From: Haliotis rubra
Taxonomy: Eukaryota
Assembly: GCF_003918875.1 (NCBI RefSeq)
Contig: NW_025767209.1
Coordinates: forward strand, 186,001 to 250,000
DNA length: 64,000 nucleotides
Reading direction: 5' to 3'
The notes beneath the pieces are model-generated. The model was given only the letters and a program-made list of their open reading frames with translations, did no database searches and had not been told where the DNA came from. The translations under genes were made by a program, and so were the position numbers. This document shows, one piece after another, positions 36,629-50,052 of the stretch (position 1 is its first letter; every line of letters starts with the position of its first letter).

Positions 36629-36869
36629 AGCGGCTCGCAAGTACCTGAGGGAATAATACTCGAATATTCTAAACAGGGATAGTCATTTATCAATATCTGA
36701 AATACGTTTGTATTTGTTTTGTTTGATTTTGTCAGTCCTTACATAACATACATGTAAGTACCGTTTCCCTGTCACTGTTTCCATGTTACGACGTTACTTT
36801 ACACCAAACACACCTTGTACCAATATCTCGCCACCCACTTTACGCAGTATAGATGTTAATCCCTACGGA

Positions 36870-37025
36870 GGCGCTAGGGTAGCCGAGTAGTTAAGCGTTA
36901 AGCGTCACCCCCGAAGATCCTGGTTCGATTCCCAACTTGAGTACAATGTGTAAAGCCCAGTTCTGGTATCCCCCGTTGTGATGTTGAGGGAATATTCCTT
37001 AAATATCCCCACTCACTCACTTACT
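36870..37025 (+). mobile_element. tRNA-derived SINE family A
   Basis: ggtagccgagtagttaagcg...cctggttcgattccc...gaatatt...actcactcac. Confidence 0.75.
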
Positions 37026-37899
37026 AATCCCTACCGGTGGAATGCCCTTATGTCAGGTTAACCCAGCATCCTACTGGTCCGGAGACGGGTTTTTGTGACA
37101 CGCTGTTACCTTGAAGTTGCCTTAGGTTTCTTTCATGGTAATGAAAATCCCTCGTATTTACAGTGTTCCAATAGTGCCGTCCACCCATAGTATTTAGTGG
37201 CAAGGAATGAGTTTAGTTTTACGCCGCTTTTAGCAATATTCCAGCAATATCACGGCGGATGAGTGAATGCTTTAGCCACTAGGCTACCCCACCGCCCCGA
37301 TTGAGTGAGAGACACTGCACACCACCGTCTTGCCATCAACTTAATGATCGACACCATACATCAACAAAGAAGGCAATTAAAACACTCAGAGTGACCTGTC
37401 TCAAATCTAATAATATCACATCATGCAGAAAATAGATTTTTTAAAATGTTTGAAAAATATACACACCAAAACATGTCTCTTCAGTGATCCCCACAGCTGG
37501 AACTGCTGTCCAGTCGAGTTCCTGACAAGCTTATAAACATGAACCAACACATGTTCGCACCTCAGTGTTAAAATATGACGTTTCACCTGCATCATACCTT
37601 CTGACCTTTGTCTGCATGTTTCTGACAGACACGGATTTAAATTATTTTACGATGAACATTAATCATGTCAGAATATGTGGATAATTAACACAGAGGTCAC
37701 AGTTTTGATCTCTTGCGATCTTCTGTCAGATAAACGTGAAGAACTTCAATACCAAATTTACAGTTTTATGATGTGATAGTTTGATTACAGTTTAACCAGG
37801 AGATGAGTGCATTAGTCGGGGAAACAGTTATTATTTTCAGGGAATGGTGGTAAACACGCTCAGTATGTACTTGTCATGATGAAGAACCTATGTGTACTA

Positions 37900-39322
37900 T
37901 ACTGAGTCAAAAAAGAAACTTCACATTCTTTCTTCAGGGCACTATAAAAGAACAAGAGATGGTAAGATGATTACCTTGATATTATTTCATTGCTGAGATC
38001 TGTGTGATGTACTCGATACACTGACAGTGCCATAATCAGTTCCATCAGCTACACCGCCGTTCCAAAACATGGGTATACAGAATGTCAAGTCACAAAAATA
38101 AAAATGCGAAATTTCTCAGTTCAATATCGTGTATGGCCGCCCCGCGCATTCACCACTGCCAAACACCGTCTCCTCATCGACTGTCTGATGCTTGTGAACA
38201 CGTGGTTGGGGATTCTGCGCCATTGCTCTTGCATCCCAAACGTGCTCTATTGGATTAAGGTCAGGGGACCTCGATGGCCAGTCCATGACGTTGATTCCAG
38301 CGTTTTGAAGGAAATTTCGTGTCAACATCGCGGTATGCGGCCGAGCATTATCATGCTGGAACTGCAGACCTGGGCCATGAGCAGCCATGAAAGGAACGAG
38401 TTCGGGGGTGAGCACCTGGTCGCGGTAAGCAGCAGCTGTGAGGTTTCCACGGATGACCAGACGTCGGGAACGGTTGTTCCCACAGAAAGCTCCCCACACC
38501 ATGCAACTTCCGCCCCCGAATCTGTCGACTTCCTGTACACAACATTGGGCATACCGTTCACGACGTCGTCTCCAGACTCTATGCCTGCCGTCCGCGAATC
38601 TGAGGGTAAACCTGGATTCATCGCTAAAGACAACTCGATTCCAGACTCTCTGGGTCCATCGGAGGTGACGTTGGGCCCACAGCAGACGTTGACGTTGATG
38701 AAACGGCGTCAATATTGGCCCACGATTTCGAATGGTCTGTGAGGACAGTCGACCTCTGACATTTCAGCCCTGGTTCGTGTAGCCGGCAGAAATCTGTCAC
38801 GTAGGTGACGTAGGACGATTTGACAGTCTTCTGCTCGTTACGTCACACGTGGACGACCCGACCTTGGGCGATCAGAAGTGGTGCCAGTTTGTTGTAGACG
38901 ACCTCGCAAGTCATACACATTACGACGGCTGCATCCCATTGCTCTTGCGACGTCAATAACTGATCTTCCCGCTTGCAACATGCCAACGGCACGTTCACGT
39001 TGCACATTTGACAATCGTGGCATTTCAAGTACCGTAAGAACTGTGGTTTAAAAGTATTTTTTCAATTCTTGAGACCAATGCAAACACGTGCATATGAAGA
39101 AAACTTCGATGCGAAGATCACATGATCGACTGCACGTGCAAAACCTGATTTGGCACTAACGTCATTTACACGACGAATAGATGGGTTTGAGTTGGTTTTG
39201 CAAACGTTTTTCTAGAATCGAAAGATAGGGATCCCATTTCGGATACATAGATGTATCATCAGAGAAAAATTATTCATTATTTTTCAAATTACATTTTGTG
39301 AACTTTCTTTTTTGACTCAGTA
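37900..39322 (-). mobile_element. Tc1/mariner transposon with TIRs and a frameshifted transposase (39023->38116)
   Basis: TA-flanked TIRs CTGAGTCAAAAAAGAAA / TTTCTTTTTTGACTCAG. Motifs MPRLS...GRPRVT, FSDESRF, QHDNARPH and WPSRSPDLNPIEHVW. There is a frameshift near 38838 and the C-terminus is disrupted. Confidence 0.93.
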
Positions 39323-39349
39323 TATATTGTGACCGTTTTCACTGTGGGG

Positions 39350-39742
39350 TGGTGGGGTAGCCTAGTGGTCAAAGCGTTCGCTCGTAACATCAAAGATCCA
39401 ATGTTCGAAGCCTATTTCTGGTGTCCCGCGCTGGAATATTGCTAAAGGCGGCGTAAAACTAAATTCACTCACTCACTCACTCACTCACTCACTCACTCGT
39501 TCTCACTGTACCCTTGAAGGGGGCGGAAAATCCCCGTTAAAATTGATCTTCAGTAACCCATGCTTGTCGGAAGAGGCAACTAATCGGATAGGGTGGTCAG
39601 GCTCACAGACTTGGCTGACACATGTCATCGTATCCAAATTGCGTTGATCGATGCCCATGCAGTTGATCACTCGATTATCTGGTCCAGACTCATTTTTAAC
39701 AGACCGCCACCATATAGCGGTGTGAAACAACCAACCAACCAT
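39350..39742 (+). mobile_element. Adjacent SINEs: family A (39350-39500, (TCAC)n tail) and family B (39505-39742)
   Basis: ggtagcctagtggtcaaagcgttcgctcg...; aattgatcttcagtaacccatgcttgtcggaagaggcaactaa... Confidence 0.8.
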
Positions 39743-41849
39743 TCTCACTGTATCATACAGGGAAAACCATTTTCTCATATTATATAATCTCATCATTAGT
39801 TTTAATTCCCGATCTCACACATTTAATGTGGAAGAACCAGGATTCACTGATGTCATCTATAAAAAAAGGCATCAGTATTGACTGGTCATTACAGATCCTT
39901 GTCAAAAAGCTTTCATAAGTATGTGTTTTTGATTGACTTTCAAATTGCGGTAATACAATGTGAACATATTCTGCCGAAACTTTGGCACCTATCTATAATC
40001 ATTCCCTGATTTGATGCAAATGAAAGGGCTTCAACGACTTGAGATATGTAACATCAGACACTTTGGATCGTCGTAATCGTGCGTCTATTGTTGACTTTGA
40101 AATAGTGGGGATACAAAGTGAGCATCTTCTCTAGTAATTATGGCAGCCATCATAAATACAAGCACAGGTACCGCAATTATCCATTTGAAAATACACAGAA
40201 ACACATGGTACAACTCAAAATAAGAACATTCACCAGACATAATTTCTGTCACTGATTCACCAAACTTGGAAATGTCCTCCACAAGTGTAATACAAATCTT
40301 AAGGTTTTCATAGGAAATAAATCAGGGAACTCTCATACAATGTCTCAGCAAGAGCTGTAACAACGCTTAGAAATGTTCGTTAAAGGAGCAAGCTCGATTA
40401 TGTGGTTGAGACAGAAACCAATGAAATATGTTGCAGAAACATTTACCAACCACGAAATTAAGGTTTTACTCAGTCTATGAGCAGATTCTACACATTCTTA
40501 ACCAAAACACTTATTAAATATAACTAAATTAATGATATTTTAAGTTTGTATTACAAGGTCACTTTTTCATATGTCTTCTTTGAACGTTTGTATGAGAAAG
40601 TATCATTCTTCTGCAGAATATCTGAGAGTTTTAGGTACTGAATACTTTTCCTTTTTACTGAATACTCATCAATTAACATTCAAACTAGCATTTAAGTACA
40701 GTTCTAAACGTTGGGAGGGGTAACATATGGCAAGCTGCATGTGGAAAGATTACAGAGTGAGTGTGTGTTTTCTATTCGATATTCTATTCTATTCGATGTG
40801 ATTCTTCATCATTTAATACCCATCAACTTGAATAGAATTTCAAATTTAATTCAACTGAAAGTTTCCGCTGCCCTAACAGTTTATTGATGCTTGTTCGTAT
40901 AGTCAAAGCTGAAAGTTAAACATCATTTTCGTTATTTTGTATGTGGAATTATATCGCGTGAGTGGTGTATTGATCGGCAGGTTTGTGTAAGTGTTACAAC
41001 CAATTACAGAGTATTAATTTTCGTGGAAATGGTGCGACAGCATGACATTGGCCAAAGCTGTTTCTTCGTTTTCGCAGTTGCTGGTGATTTATAGCCCGTG
41101 TTTAGTTACATGCGAGTGTTTTATCTCTAACTGTGATACACGAGTAGTTTTACTGCTCATCGTAAACAGTATTATTCATTCTAATATTATTGATCTTTAC
41201 TGATAATTAATTGTTCTCGTCACGATAAGGCTGAAATATTATGGATGTGTCGAGAAATATTAACTCACTCCCTCACTCTTCGTTTTCGCACAATATAACA
41301 TCCGTTTCAATCGGTTCCAAACAGTCTCATTTTACAACCATCCACCAACATATGTCGACTCTGGACGTGTAGCGATTACTGAAACACAACTACGCTTCAC
41401 ACATGATGTGTTCAGGGAATATGAAATCCGGGAAGGCTTTAATTAGTTTACTGTTCTTGTGACGCGAGTGTTGGGAGAGTTGGGGTTGTCATGTGATATG
41501 ACTGTAGGAAGCTGAATGTGTAAACATCGAAAGTTGTTAGGTTTTTTTAATCCTTGCAGTTTGGCGGTCAGGTTGGAGATCCATTATTGCTGCAGTTTGT
41601 AGTGTGGCAATACATTATTTCGTGCCGTTGGAAAGGCGGCTAGGCTATCCGTTATTGTGTTTAGTTTGAGAGGCAGTATGGGTATCCATTATTGTTAGCA
41701 GTGTGATGGCAAGTATGGTTATCCATTATTGTTTGCAGTTTAAGGGCCAGTATGGCTATCCGTTATTGTTTTTAGTTTTAGCGGCAGTATGGCTATCCAT
41801 TATTGTTAGCAGTTTAAGGGGGCAGTATGACTAATAAGAAAATAACTAA

Positions 41850-42175
41850 TAATAATGTGTCCGTTTATATAGCGACAAACTCCACACCAGGTATGCTCAT
41901 AGCGCTAGCAAGGCATTATTGAAGTCCATTGATATAGTACCTTCTGTAGAGAAAGGTTTTGAGATGCCCCTTAATGTTTGCAAGGGTTGGAGACAGCATA
42001 AGCTCATCAGGGAAGGAATTCCATGTGACCGATGCCATGTTCTGGTAAGACTTGTAGCCAAATGATTTGAGGTTACACTTGGTACACAGAGCAGATTAGA
42101 CGAGGATGAACGCAGAGCTGTTCTTTTCATGTAAGGAGAGATGAGTTCTTGAAGATGCAGAGGTGCAATACCATG
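41850..42175 (-). mobile_element. L2 LINE 3' fragment
   Basis: HGIAPLHLQELISPY..RTALRSSSSNLLCVP...WNSFP-type C-terminus and an (ATT)n tail, homologous to the end of ORF 44014-45411. Confidence 0.75.
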
Positions 42176-42310
42176 AGTGAGTGAGTGAGTGAGTGAGTTT
42201 AGTTTTACCAGAAATGGGCTTCACACATTGTTCCCATGTGGGGAATCGAACTCGGGTCTTCGGCGTGACGAGCGGACGCTTTAACCACTAGGCTGCCCGA
42301 CCGCCCCTGC
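42175..42310 (-). mobile_element. tRNA-derived SINE family A inserted in the L2 fragment
   Basis: Reverse complement reads ggcagcctagtggttaaagcgtccgctcgtcacgccgaagacccgagttcgattccccac, with a (GAGT)n tail. Flanked by a duplicated TGCAATACCATGA. Confidence 0.85.
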
Positions 42311-42847
42311 AATACCATGAATGGACTGAGTATCCGTTTTTGTTTGTAGTTTGAGGGACAGTGTGGCTATCGGTTGTTGTTTACAGTTTGATGGACAGTG
42401 TGACTATCCCTTATTGTCAGCAGTTTGAGGGGCAGTATGGCCATCCGTAAATACTTGCAGTTTTTTTAACCATGAGATTCATTGCAAGAAAATACTGTTT
42501 TAACAGAAGACATTAGTACAATAATCAATACTGTCGATGCAATATAACAGCCTCATAACCTTCCTGAACTTGGCATGCACATATGGCGTGAAACCAAGAG
42601 ACACATTTTCTGAAAGGCGGTAGTAACTGTGTTCCACAGGATATATCGCTTGTGTGAGATCAGACGATATCCTAGGTGATATCGTTTTGGCAGTAGATTT
42701 TGCACAATGCCCTGGCAATGCTATGGCGTCATGAACTTGATCACGTCACAATGCTATGACATCGCTGCACTGCAAATCTAATGGCAGTACTGTGTTCAGA
42801 GATGTACATTTATCATTAAAAAATTAATGAAGAGTGATTTTTGATGA

Positions 42848-43127
42848 TAAATAGAATCTCACCCTCGTGTCTTCTGATATCAAACGGGTTCGAATCCCCA
42901 CATGGGCACAATGTATGAAGCCCATTTCTGGTGTCCCCTGCCGTGATGTTGCTAGAATATTGCTAAAAGCGACGTATAACACAACTCAGTCAGTCTGACA
43001 TCAAATATATCAACTCTCGTTGATAAAAGTAAAAATATCCTCGGCAAGCCTCGGACATTTGTTACTTTTTCAACTCTAGGTGATATATTAGATATCAAAA
43101 GACACTCAGGTGAGATTCTCTATTTAC
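42848..43127. mobile_element. Palindromic MITE with a SINE fragment (42885-42990) inserted
   Basis: IRs aatagaatctcacc.tcgtgtctt.tgatatc / gatatcaaaagacactc.ggtgagattctctattta. The SINE is flanked by tctga(t/c)atcaaa. Confidence 0.7.
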
Positions 43128-43861
43128 TCCACACTCAGCAATATTCCATAATGTCAGCTGCGTTATTTATCAGCATTCCCATGTCAATCTGCACACCGAA
43201 CGCTTAACACCAGAAAAGGCATAGTGAGACAAGGGGTAGGCTTGTTGCCGATATGGTGAAAATACATATCATCTGGGATTGAAAGACTGTGGTGTAATAT
43301 AAGAAAATAAGAAAAACATTTCCCATTCTGCGAAACCCTAATATCTAAGGTCTATATGTTTTCCTGTAAATGCTTTAAAATCAATAAAGGCTGGTTACTG
43401 TAAAATAAATGTCTATGCCAAACGGTTGTGACAGGCATTTTATGTAAAAAGGACCAACTGGGCAGGCGATTATCTATCATTCTCTTAAATAGCAGATCGA
43501 AATTCACAGTATAAAATTCACCAAAACCATTGGTTTTTTTACAGATGACCAAAAACTTGTCCAAAGATCTCGACTCCGGTGTCTCTCATTTCGAATGTGA
43601 CAGGAAACATCGTAAAAAAAAAAGAGAAGCAAAAACAACAACACTCTTGCTAATGTAATTAAATATAAACCTTTGAACATCCGGGTCTTCAGCAACTACC
43701 GTGATCGATTTGATTCGATTCCTTTATTACCTGTATCTGTACAGATCATTGGTATGTCAAATAGCGGTATTGGTACAGGTTTGGGTTTTTTTAAAAGACG
43801 GCGACAATGGACATATAAAGGACGATGTGCAATTACTGCACTCTAATTAACTCATTTCTTA

Positions 43862-45468
43862 AATAATAATAATAATAATGGATATTTTTAGCGCGCCATT
43901 TTCCACCCACTGATACATGCTCAAGGCGCTACATAAAAGCATACATACAATGCATACAGAGGATAAAATAGCAAAATAAGTATACATTGAAATTGATGAC
44001 AGAAAGATTGATTTTAGGGATAGGCTTTGGAAAAAAAGAAAGTCTTCAACTTAATTTTGAAAGTTTCCAATGTGGGAGACTGCTTTATGTGGAGAGGGAG
44101 AGAATTCCACAGAGTAGGACCAGCGTACTGGAAAGACCTCTTGCCAAAAGAAGAAAGGAGAACTTTGGGAACGGAGAGAAGACATTGGTCTTGAGATCTG
44201 AGAGTTCTGGTTGGGGAGTACACAGTGAGAAGTTCAGAGAGATATGAAGGAGCTTGATTATGCAAACATTTATACACAATGCAAAGAAGTTTGAAGTGAA
44301 TCCGGAACTTGATTGGAAGCCAGTGTAATGATGAGAGTACAGGGGTGATATGGTCTCGTTTAGTGGTAAGGGATATAATACGTGCTGCTGTATTTTGGAC
44401 TTTTTGTAGTTTATTGAGATGTCCGTTGGTGAGACCGTATAGAAGGCTATTACAGTAATCCAATCTGGATGTTACAAGGCATCTCACAAGAGTGTGGGCA
44501 CTTTCCATTGTGATGTGCTTCCTAATCGTCCCAATGAGTCTGAGGTGGTAATAGCAGGTATGACACAACTTATCTACATGCGAATCTAGAGACAGGCCCG
44601 AATCAATATAAGCACCAAGATCTTTTATCAAAGCTGACGGTGTGATGTTAGCTGAACCAATCTTCACACTATCGATGTTAAATTTCTCCAAGCTCTTTGG
44701 TTTCCCAACAAGGAGAACCTCTGTTTTAGTGTCATTCAGTATTAGTTTTCTGCCCGTCATCCATGTCTTGATTTCCAGAGTACAATTCTCAATCTCTTTC
44801 AACGTTGATTGGGCATTATTTGGTCTGAACTTTGTCAGGAGTTGGTTGTCATCTGCATAGGAAAAGTGTGGTATTAAAAATTTGTCACTGATCAGAGAGA
44901 GTTGGTTGATGTAAATCAGGAAGAGCACTGGGCCTAGAACAGATCCCTGTGGAACTCCACATGACAGAGTAATCTTCTGTGAGATGCTGCCCAACACTGT
45001 GACTGACTGGTGTCTAGCAGACAGGTATGAAGAGAACCAGGCCAGTGCTTGTCCGCCGATTCCAGAGTGATTTTCAAGAGTATGGAGAAGAATCTTGTGG
45101 TCCACAGTGTCAAATGCCGCACTCAGATCTAAGAGTGTCAGAATTGCCACGTCACCTCTATCAACCAGGCATCTTAGGTCATTTACCACTCTAAGAAGGA
45201 GAGTTTCGGTAGAGTGGTGTGGACGGTAAGCTGATTGGTACTCATCTAAGATGCTGTTGCTTGACAAGTGACCCATCAACCTCTTGGTAGCTGCTCTCTC
45301 GATAAGTTTGGAGAGAAAAGTCAGATTAGAAACGGGGCGGTAGTTTTTAAAGTCATTTTTGTCAAGTTTTGCATTTTTAACTAGTGGCATGATAACAGCA
45401 TCTTTTAGCATATGTGGAAAGATCCCAGATGACAGACTCTTGTTGATGATTTCCGTTAATGTCGGCCC
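43862..45468 (-). mobile_element. L2-clade LINE, 5'-truncated, with an intact RT C-terminal ORF (465 aa, 45411->44014)
   Basis: NYRPVSNL, LLDLSAAFDTVDH, GVPQGSVLGP, YADD, SRLDYCNSLL and LHWLPI motifs, followed by a 3' UTR with an (ATT)n tail. Confidence 0.95.
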
Positions 45469-45469
45469 T

Positions 45470-46735
45470 CATCTTAATATACTAACCGTATATAAATATT
45501 TGCCTTAGTTACATAATACTCTAACATTGTTAATGCTAAGAAGTTGAATAAGCTAAAATACCGATGGACATTTGTAATAATATGGTTTGATATACATTAT
45601 TCTATAATTTTAATATGATACTACTGTCAGACACAAGAAGCTTACACCAGTATTTAGTCATATTATATTGTCTCTTAAATAAAAGCGGCTAACGACCTAA
45701 CTCTGCGTAAACCATCAAATTACTAGTTGATTTCTTAACTCCTAACAAAGAACCTTTTCAAAAATCCAAATGATACCTTTCAACATTTAATCCCTTATTG
45801 TAGCCCAATCTCAGACGTATAAGATGATATTCTGCCGACATAACAATCAAAGACAAAGAGCAGAAATTCCGGATTAACAGAGAGCGAACTGGTATTGTTG
45901 TAAATGGAACAAAGGGCCTTTCTATCCTGATCAGACAACTGCATCTGAGCCTTTGAAAATCGGTTATTATAATTAAAGACTATTCCTAAGTAAGTAAACG
46001 CATCAGCAACCTCTAGGACACTGCCATTATAACATCAATGTTCTGAAGAATTAACTTTACCACCTCTTCTAAAAAAACATTTGTTTTAGCAATGTTCACT
46101 TCAAGTTCCCAGCGATTTGAATTAAGCCAACAACGAATTTAACTGTGTTTTCAACCCTTCAACAGATTTAGAAAATATGACAAGATCATCAGCGTACATA
46201 AGCAGAAATATACTTAAAGATTTAAACTCGTAAGGTATACATTTTTCTTTTAGAACAGATTCTTCAAAATCACTTACATAAAAAGAAAACAAAATTGGCG
46301 ACAATACATCTCCCTACATTAGGCCAAAACTATATCTGAAATACTGACTATCATAACCACCGATCCTCACACATGACCTTACATTAAGATACAACAAATG
46401 AATAACTGACAATTGCTTCCCTCTAACACCTAATTTTGCTAACTTATACCATAATTTACACCTATCTATTTAACCAAAAGCACGTTTGAAATCCACAAAT
46501 GCGCAATATAACCGTTTAATACCATTCACAGTACGACTAATCAATGAATGGAGCGAAAATATAGCATCAACTGTACCAAGATTAGGACGAAAACTAAACT
46601 GAGCATTCGAAACAGTTGTGTGTTCCTCTGCCCAGTAAAGAAGCCTCTGAATAAAAATCCCGGTCAACAACTTTCCAAAACAACTTATGATACTTATTCC
46701 TCTATAATTACAGGGAATACTGGCATCACCTTTCT
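45470..46735 (-). mobile_element. Decayed reverse-transcriptase LINE fragment (CR1/RTE-X-like)
   Basis: NYRGISII, QFSFRP..GTVDAIF, YCAFVDFKRAF, QGDVLSPILF and LMYADDLVIF motifs with stops and frameshifts. Confidence 0.85.
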
Positions 46736-46749
46736 ACTACACCAGTCGA

Positions 46750-46948
46750 CTGCCGGGATCGAGTGGTCAGGCTCACTGACTTGATTGACACATGTCATCG
46801 TATCTCAAATGGGTAGATCGATTTTCATGCTGATGATCACTGGATTGTTAGGTCCAGACTAGATTATTTAAAGACCGCTGCCATGTAGCTTGAATATTTC
46901 TGGGTACGGTATTAAACAACAAACCAACCAACCAACCAACCAACCAAA
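46750..46948 (+). mobile_element. SINE family B fragment with (CCAA)n tail
   Basis: cgggatcgagtggtcaggctcactgacttgattgacacatgtcatcgtatc... Confidence 0.75.
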
Positions 46949-49786
46949 CATGGAACATATGTTCAGATAATACAACATGTTCTGTGAATATAAAATTTCA
47001 ATTTAGTTATTGTTATGCTTTTGTACTCCAATTTCAGATATATTCGGAATCTGATCATGTTTGCTTATCCAGAAGTAGACGTTCGAGTAGGGCTTACGTG
47101 ACATTGTTTGCTTTTGCAGTCTGTATCAAACCATGGTTTGCGTATGTGTGGGTTTGCAGAGGACTTAGAAATGGTATTGTCCCCCATGGCATTTAAGACG
47201 ACTGAAATAGTTCGATGGGATCAGGAACATTCCTGAAATTGTCAGGCTTACGGTTTTCATAGCATAGGGTTTAGAAAAATGGCCAATTGGCCTTAGTAAA
47301 ATTCCACCTTGTTAAAGGTGGTTCATCCGCGCGAGTTGACATGAGAAAGAATCGTTTGGATGTTATCAGTTCCACACAGATCGGTGGGAGGCAGATGTGT
47401 TGACAGATTGCTTGATTTACCATGACAGATACATTGATACAACAATATAAACACCTGCCTTGTCATTATCACTCACACCCACCCACGTGAGAACGCCAGA
47501 AGTTACCAATCAGGAAGAAGTCTTTGTCCAGCAAAATAATTGATTAGGTATGTTTGATTGCTAACACCTTTTTCATGTACAATTCCTGAAAATTGTGTAA
47601 CAGCTGTATTTACGCCGGATCTAGCATTTCCTGCTGCAAGACATAAAAGCCGGGTTTTCGAACCCTCAGCGGACGCGACGTTATGTGCTGCTGAATCGAC
47701 GACCATGCAACTTGAGATCCTGTCTGCCCTGGTGTGCTCTGTGGTGACCGTGAATGCAGGTAAATATATTTTCTTCATTCCACACAATTTCATTCCTAAA
47801 GGACCATGGTATACATGTCATCCATGTTTAGTGTATGACAAACACTTTACTCAGTTTAAACACGGAGTAGTTACAATGTCCCTTTATCACCTACACATCT
47901 CAACTGTCCCAGTGGACAAAACAGCTGGCATTGAGTGTGGTTGTAGTCATGACGATATCTGGTGGAACCCTGTCGACCACCAGTATGTCACATGATGGCT
48001 CACCCTCACGCCATGTCCAGCTCATCATTTTCAGGCTGACCCCTACGATGTCTGAAACGTGACTTTATGTTGACTCGACCGATGCATCTGTTTAATTGTC
48101 AAGGAGGCATACGTGCATTCCGTTGTTGTGACACTGAGTGTGTCATGACCTCTGCCTGCAAATGCAAACTTCTTCTTGCAGTGTGGTGGAACACTGTCGA
48201 CCACCAGCATGTTACATGACCCAAACGTCACGCCCAGGACATCACCACAGATGTCTGCAACATGTAGCGTGATAGCTGATCCAGTCTTCGTGAACTGCTC
48301 ATCACACTTTGGCAGAAAGCAAAGACGTCTTTAATGTGTCTTTCATGCCATTTAGGAATGGTTACCGAAACTTCTTTCTATCTTTATGTACTCATTCATT
48401 CGTCCTGGATTTGTTTTTAAAACGTCATATTTTCGTCCATTGGTACCCGTGAAGCCATCCGTTGTTTTTATTTTTCAAGCAATCGTCACCTCTTATGTTT
48501 TGCCCCCCATGCGATGCAAAGTTGACTCCTACCAAACTCATACTGTACATTTCAACGTTTTCTGCAATTGAAATAAGAGCGACAAAAGCACATCCATGAG
48601 GAACTTGCTGGGTTAACCAGTGTAACGACGGTCTGGGTGGCGATAGTTTGTGTTCGTGTGAGGTGGGTATCTTCGTGTATCTTTTTAAGGCTGGAAACAG
48701 AAAGAAGGAGTGTAAATATATAACATTATCCTTGTTGGGTTTTCGTTACTATTGTTATAAACCTCACCAGTTACATACAATTCTTTTTCCAGATTTTAAT
48801 GAGCATGTTCTCTTTTGTTTCATTCATTGAAATTATTCCTTCCGTGGATGTATCACTGGTGTAATCCGACCTAAATATTTGTGGGCTTCTTTGAATTCAT
48901 CGTCAAACAACCTTTCAAAGTAGAGACAAGCATATAAAGTGGACGAATGATTGTAACTACCATCCTGTATTCTTCTAATCTGTCCTGACACTGGGCATTC
49001 ATATCAAGTAAACTGTAAAACAAGCCGCCAGCAGCAAGACGTTAACCTCTCAGATTAGCAGTGAGCGTTAACCTCTTTCTGCTTTGACAGCCCTTTCTTC
49101 TGCTGGATCCACTTTGAAGGGATCAGCTGAACCTTTACACTCGGAGCATCCTTTGCTGAACTGAAATTTAAAATCACCATCATCGTTATCATCATCATCG
49201 TCATCATGTTTCTCTTTACCTCGTCATTTGTCACAATTGTATCAAGGAGGCACCCTCGTTTACAAGGAATCCATGGTAGAAAGCACAAACGTACGCCTTC
49301 ACTGGCAGATGTCGTGCTGTTGCCATTACAAAACTTAAAGTAATTAGCGTTTTCATTTTCGCTGTTATAAGTTTCCTGGTTAATATTACCTGAGCCTTGG
49401 CCATGCCCCTATGGCTGCGGTATGGCGTCATGCTTTTAGTGTTCAGTGGAGTCATCGGGTTGATTCCAGGTTGTATGTTGTGTATCCTGCTCGGTAACTA
49501 ATTTGTCATACTTGAAATATCCCATGAGACCCGAACCCTTGAGCTGCTGTCTTTCTCTTGCTGATTCCACATCCTGCATTCTTAAATGACGTTCATGCCT
49601 TAAGTGCCTCTGGTGTGTTGACAGTGTCCTTGACCTCGGCGATCAGTGGGCGTGGTCGATCCGAACCTGGACGTGTGAAGAGCACGAATAATGTCAGATG
49701 TTTACCCCCTGTTAATCTTGACAAATTCAAGCATCAAGTTGATGACACTCTGTGTGCACATCACATGATCCTCATCACGTCAACAG

Positions 49787-50052
49787 ACACTTCTCAGAAC
49801 ACATGGACTGATGAAACGAACACTTTCTATAACCCATTGACTCATGAAACGAACACTTCCCAGAACACATGGACTGATGAAACGAATACTTCCCGGAACA
49901 CATGGCCTGATGTAACGAACACTTCCAGAACACATGGACTGATGAAACGAACACTTCCCAGAACGCATGGCCTTATGAAACGAACACTTCCAGAACACAT
50001 GGCCTGATGTAACGAACACTTTCCAGAACACATGGCCTGATGTAACGAACAC
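49787..50052. repeat. 33-bp minisatellite (ACACTTCCCAGAACACATGGACTGATGAAACGA)n, about 8 copies
   Basis: Tandem units visible, giving the 11-aa periodicity TSQNTWTDETN in the ORF track. Confidence 0.88.

Larger units (their letters stand above)
41575..42460. repeat. Degenerate ~38-bp tandem repeat (GGCAGTATGGCTATCCATTATTGTTTGCAGTTTGAGGG-like), interrupted by an L2 fragment and a SINE
   Basis: Units visible at 41575-41830 and 42330-42460. Confidence 0.7.

Noticed and set aside
38104-38742. 212-aa plus-strand ORF, and the antisense ORFs over the ankyrin, L2 and SLC1A exons
   Set aside because: These are antisense shadows of the real minus-strand coding sequences.
49787-50052. Hammerhead ribozyme cores (CTGATGA..CGAA) in the 33-bp repeat and at ~58395
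   Set aside because: There is no stem II between CTGATGA and GAA and no evident flanking stems.
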